From contig NIVC01000014.1 of NCBI GenBank assembly GCA_002269645.1, positions 186,001 to 250,000 on the forward strand: a DNA stretch of 64,000 bases, written 5' to 3'. This document shows, piece by piece, positions 59,350 to 64,000 of the stretch (the stretch's first letter is position 1; each line of letters starts with the position of its first letter). The translations under genes and the position numbers were made by a program. Source of the stretch: Macrostomum lignano. Taxonomy: Eukaryota. Under the pieces are notes generated by a model. That model had not been told where the DNA came from. It ran no database searches and saw only the letters and a list, made by a program, of their open reading frames with translations.

Positions 59350-59960
59350 CGGCCAAAGCTGCTGCGAGGGGCGCCAAAGCTGCTGCAAGGGGCGCCAAAG
59401 CTGCTGCAAGGGGCGCCAAAGCTGCTGCAAGGGGCGCCAAAGCTGCTGCAAGGGGCGCCAAAGCTGCTGCAAGGGGCGCAAATGCTGCTGCAAGGGTCGC
59501 CAAAGGGACTTCAAGGGGGCACCAAAGTTACTGCAAGGGGGCGCCAAAGCTAATGCAAGGGGGCGCCAAAGCTGCTGCAAGGGGTGCCAAAGCTACTGCA
59601 AGGGGGCGCCAAAGCTGCTGCAAGGGGTGCCAAAGCTACTGCAAGGGGGCACCAAAGTTACTGCAAGAGGGCGCCAAAGCTAATGCAAGGGGGCGCCAAA
59701 GCTGCTGCAAGGGGTGCCAAAGCTACTGCAAGGGGTGCCAAAGCTACTGCAAGGGGGCGCCAAAGCTGCTGCAAGGGGTGCCAAAGCTACTGCAAGGGGG
59801 CACCAAAGTTACTGCAAGGGGGCGCCAAAGCTAATGCAAGGGGGCGCCAAAGCTACTGCAAGGGGCGCCAAAGCTACTGCAAGGGGCACGAAAGCTGCTG
59901 CAAGGGGTGCCAAAGCTACTGCAAGGGGCGCCAAAGTTACTGCAGGGGGCGCCAAAGCTA
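59350..59960. repeat. 21-bp minisatellite (GGGCGCCAAAGCT(G/A)CTGCAAG)
   Basis: Directly visible. Confidence 0.95.
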
Positions 59961-59982
59961 CTCGCAGCCGCTGCCAAATGCT

Positions 59983-62126
59983 CTAGTCGCCGCCGCCGCC
60001 GCTGGCGCCAAAATCTCTTCCAAAGTTGCCTCCGTTGGCTCCGCCGCCGCCGCCACCGAAGCCGCCGTCTCCTGTCAGAGCGTCTTCGCCGCGAATTCAG
60101 CCCAGCCACGGCGGGTTGCCGTCGCGGCTGCTGCCGCCAGTGCCGTCGCATTTTTTGAATGAGCTGTCTGAGAACGCCGAGCTCAACCAACCAGCGCCAG
60201 GGCCACCTTTGCCGTAAGTATAGCAGTCGGTAATGAAGAACCTGAATTGTACTGTGTAGCGAGTTGTTGGCACTTTGCCGGGCCCGCCATCCGTTCTTCC
60301 GGCTCCGATATCGTCCGTTGAAGCCGGATAGTTGGTGTCAGCTCCTTTGGTATCCGAGGAGCCGGCGATTCCTGGAAATAATGAGGAGTTGCTGAGATGC
60401 CAAGCCTCATGGGGGGAATTGCTGAGATGCCAAGCCTAATGGGGATTGCTGAGATGCCTCTGCCTAGCCTTGGTGCACACTCTGCCTAGCCTTGGTGCAC
60501 ACTCTGCCTAGCCTTGGTGCACACTCTGCCTAGCCTTGGTGCACACTCTGCCTAGCCTTGGTGCACACTCTGCCTAGCCTTGGTGCACACTCTGCCTAGC
60601 CTTGGTGCACACTCTGCCTAGCCTTGGTGCACACTCTGCCTAACCTTGGTGCACGCTCTGCCTAGCCTTGATGCAAACACCAATACAAGATGCTATTGTA
60701 TATGACTCGATTACGTCATCACTAGCTGCCATCTATATAGTAGGCCGCGCCGCTGCCTCCACCGGCAGCGAGAAGCGGCTGACTGTCGCCACTTCTGTAC
60801 ACGAAGCTGCCGCCGCCGCCGCCAGAACCGGCTTGTTCGGCAGCCGAGTTGCCACCCGCCTGTGCAACCACGATAGCCAGCTGGGTGTCTGCTGTCAGGC
60901 TGAAGCTGCCAGAAACCGATGCGCCTCTGCCCGGCTGCTTGGTCGCGTCGAAATCGAAGCCGCCCCTTGCGCCGAAAGCATCGATACGGTAGCAGCCGGC
61001 CTCGGCAACAGTCAGGTACTGGACGGTGTCGGTTCTGCCTGAGCCGCTCTCTGTGGAATTGCAGTGCCTCTATTTGATTTTTCAAAGGCACTGTGGCGCA
61101 CACAACCGGCGAGAGGCATTGCTGCCCATTCCGCCGACTCCCCTGAGCAGGCACACAAGCGCGCGGATACGTACGCAGTCATACCCAAAGGCACACACTC
61201 ACACAGGAGTGTACAGCGGCCCTAACTTTATTTATCATTCGTTAGGCATGTACATAACTGTGCCTTTGGGGTTGGCCCTCGAGGCCGTTAATTTCATGAG
61301 CAGAGCCAAGAAAGAGGGGGAGAAGTTAGAGAGGGTAAGAGAGAAAGAGGGGAGAGGGGGAGAGAGGGGAGAGGGGGAGGTGGGGAGGGGGCCAGGGGTA
61401 ATGAGGGAGAGAGGGGGAAATGGGGAGAGGGTGGATAGGGAGAGAGAGGGAGAGGGGGCCGAGAAGGGAGAAGAAGAGAAGGAAGAGCAGCAGAGCCAAG
61501 TGTGGGAGCTCTATCCATCATAAAAAGCAGCTTTTCATAAAAATCACTCACTACCGTCTCGCCACTGCGCGGACAGCAGTAAATTACAATTTAAAAATGT
61601 AATACTTAAAAATCTTGAAGTATACAGTTAATATGGGTGTTTTACTACTCTACAGTAGAAGTAGTAATTCACTTTAAAAAAAATTAAAATCAGAGACTCA
61701 CTGTAGAAGTACATGTACTTTACCACGGTGCCTTTGCGTCGCTTCTCGTTGAAGTCGTCAGCCTTCCAGACCCTGACGCCGTGGCCAGGCCGCGCGCAGC
61801 TCCCTGGCAGCGAAGGTCTCCGGACTCAGGATCAGCTGACTGGCATCGTTGATGACTAGCATCTGGCACAGTCAGCGCCGGTCCCAGGAGTCCTTGACGA
61901 CCACGGCGGCGCAGGACTTCGTCCGACACTTCATCGCGCGGTGACCATCAGAGTCCTCGGTGGTGTCGGCAAGCAGCTGGCTGGTGACGGAGCTGTTGAG
62001 GCTGATGGAGCCGCTGGTCACCTGATAATAGTTGACAGCTCTGGGAGCCACGAATGAGTAGCTGATCAGCTTTCTGCAGTTTGGGAGGGTGGGGATAGTG
62101 ATACTGGGGGACGGCTGCCTCATCAT
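59983..62126 (-). pseudogene. Disrupted gene with an ALK/LTK-type glycine-rich domain and a possible N-terminal PAN-like domain
   Basis: Exon 61069-60722 reads VQYLTVAEAGCYRIDAFGARGG...GRGASVSGSFSL...GSGGGGGSFV...PLLAAGGGSG then TAG. The exon from 60371 continues Gly-rich (GGFGGGGG) with a stop and frame change. The upstream exon 62126-61724 has an internal TGA (61872) and a frameshift. Confidence 0.65.
60460..60670. repeat. 22-bp minisatellite (TCTGCCTAGCCTTGGTGCACAC)
   Basis: About 9 copies between pseudogene exons. Confidence 0.95.
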
Positions 62127-64000
62127 TCAGTAAAAGAACGCTTCACGTATCGCTAGTGTTAGTATACTCCTCATATACTACAATAACTAGGTCGTATAAA
62201 TGTCACTCACAAAAATGCGCTCACCGACTGTTTCTTCAGTAGTAAAATTAGCGTCTTTTGCTTTTGCTTTTTGAATCTGTACCCAAATCCAGTGACGCGT
62301 ATCCATAAAAATGTGTAGGCCTATGAACAGTTAGGAATCTTGCCGACTTAAGTTATTTAATTAGGTCGTTTTTTCTCCTCATTCCTTCGACAGAGTGGTC
62401 ACATCAACAAAAGTTCACTTCATTACATATTAATGTTTCCAAGGACAACTAGTTGTGAATGAAGTCCTTGGGTGTTTCATTAGACGCTTCCACTTAAAAG
62501 CTGTTAAAATAGTTCCTGTAGGTAATATCATCATGTATGAATGTAAATATAATTTTGACTATGAATCTGTGAAAATCTGTCTCTAATCAGCATTAGTTTT
62601 TTTGCCACAGTAGTCCCCCTCACTAAATCACCAGTCACTTTTCTAATGCTCGTTATAAACGAAACGTTTTTATTGTCGCGGATAAGTTGGCTGGTTCCTA
62701 GAAAGTGATCAAACGGAAAGACGGAAAGTGCTCATTACTCACAGCTTAGCGCAGTCTGCGCAGAGAACTTCCATTCTCGTCTAATCTATGTTATGTACGT
62801 ATCGTATACCTTACATTGGTAGTACATTATTACTTAAATATACTTCAAGCTTGAGTTAATAATAATGTCAATGATATTCACAGCTCTAACGTCCAATTTA
62901 TACATGTTAAAGGCAAGCCATGCAGTAGTTTGTAGTCTAGTCTGTAGACTTTAGTGTAATAAGGATATTAGTCTCTTAAAGTATTGATTAAGTAAATTCT
63001 AGAGCCAGTGAAGATTATTTATTCTAATTTATATACTCATTAAAAATTGTTTTTTATTATTTGTTTTTATTGGTTTTTAATATAGGCTTATAACAAAAAA
63101 TTATATGTTAGCCACCCATTGTCTATTATCTTTATTTGGCTTATGTTTTTCTTAGAAACAATATTCTTATTCTTCAATTCTAGATATATTGTCTTATAAA
63201 CTTGGCTAAAGTTTGAGAAGATATGCTACTAAACTTTTAGTTAGTAGCATTAGTTTGGCATCAAGTCTATTTTTTATTTTATAATTAATATGATTTTTAG
63301 ATAAGTTATGCTTAGGCCTATTTAGTTAAAAATATAGACTTTTTCATTGGCCTATATCACTATCAGAGGTTAGTCTAAGCCAAACAAAGAATTTTGATAA
63401 AGTATTTGTTTAATTTCAAGTAAGAAAAGTTAAAATTATAAAAAATTGTATAAAAATAGATTTGTGTTTATGACTGAATTTTTATTCAAATAACATTTTT
63501 AATTCATATGATTATTTTTTGTCTTTGTTGATCTGATCTCTTTTTAGTAGCCATATTGGCTAGGAAATGAGGTTCTGTCCTATCATATATTAAATCAAAA
63601 AGTGACTAGTAATATGTAGCCAAGTAGCTAAATCGAGTATAATGTGTTTTTCTGTCTATAATAGGGGCAGGCAAGCTTTTTTATATAAGGGCTATATAAA
63701 AAACCTAGTGCATGGCTGGGGACCAGGGAGAATAAGCCTATAAAATAAAGGATATATAGGAGAAAAGGGAAGAAAAGAGGAGAGAGGGGAAATAAGGGAA
63801 GAGGGGAGATTAGGGGAGAAGGGAGAGGAAAGGAAAGATGCACAAAGATTGGAGAGAAAGGAGATGAGTGGAGAGGTAGAAGATTAGAAAAAAGAAAGAC
63901 AGGTGTTTCCAAATTGCTATTGCAAAGTTTCAAAGGACCCAATGGCTGGATAGAGAGGCTTCACAGTATGTGGCCCATGGGATGGAGCTTGCCCACCCTT

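Noticed and set aside
5130-60670. Regular 20-36 bp arrays as CRISPR-like loci
   Set aside because: Units are contiguous with no unique spacers, there are no cas genes, and the context is eukaryotic.

Overview
This is animal genomic DNA: GC-rich, CpG-rich spliced genes alternate with AT-rich, CpG-poor spacers, and nearly every intron holds its own tandem-repeat array. The style resembles a Macrostomum-type flatworm, but that is inference. The left edge (1 to roughly 3700-4200) is the end of an endogenous Polinton/adintovirus-like element: intact major and minor capsid genes, a divergent ORF running off the window, a small orphan ORF, and a hairpin followed by an octamer array. Host genes assembled by hand from GT-AG junctions are RTF2 (-), RSRC2-like (-, one apparent frameshift), an ARM-like/STE-kinase fusion (+), a Ly6/uPAR-like GPI-type protein (-), an R7-family RGS (+), a protein with eight ZAP/PARP12-type CCCH fingers (+), a tail-anchored class II aldolase-fold protein (+), a TMEM272-like protein (+) and an ALK-type glycine-rich-domain pseudogene (-). 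Mobile DNA includes a full-length decayed Gypsy element with two nested hAT-type MITEs, further MITEs, an RTE-like LINE fragment and two copies of a tRNA-derived SINE, one with its head amplified 8 times. The most interesting signals are: (i) the intact viral capsid pair, with splice-acceptor-like sites before both start codons; (ii) strongly directional CpG/TpG->TpA decay of repeats, countable between the two LTRs; and (iii) three unusual protein architectures. All homology calls come from motifs recognised by eye; no database searches were run.
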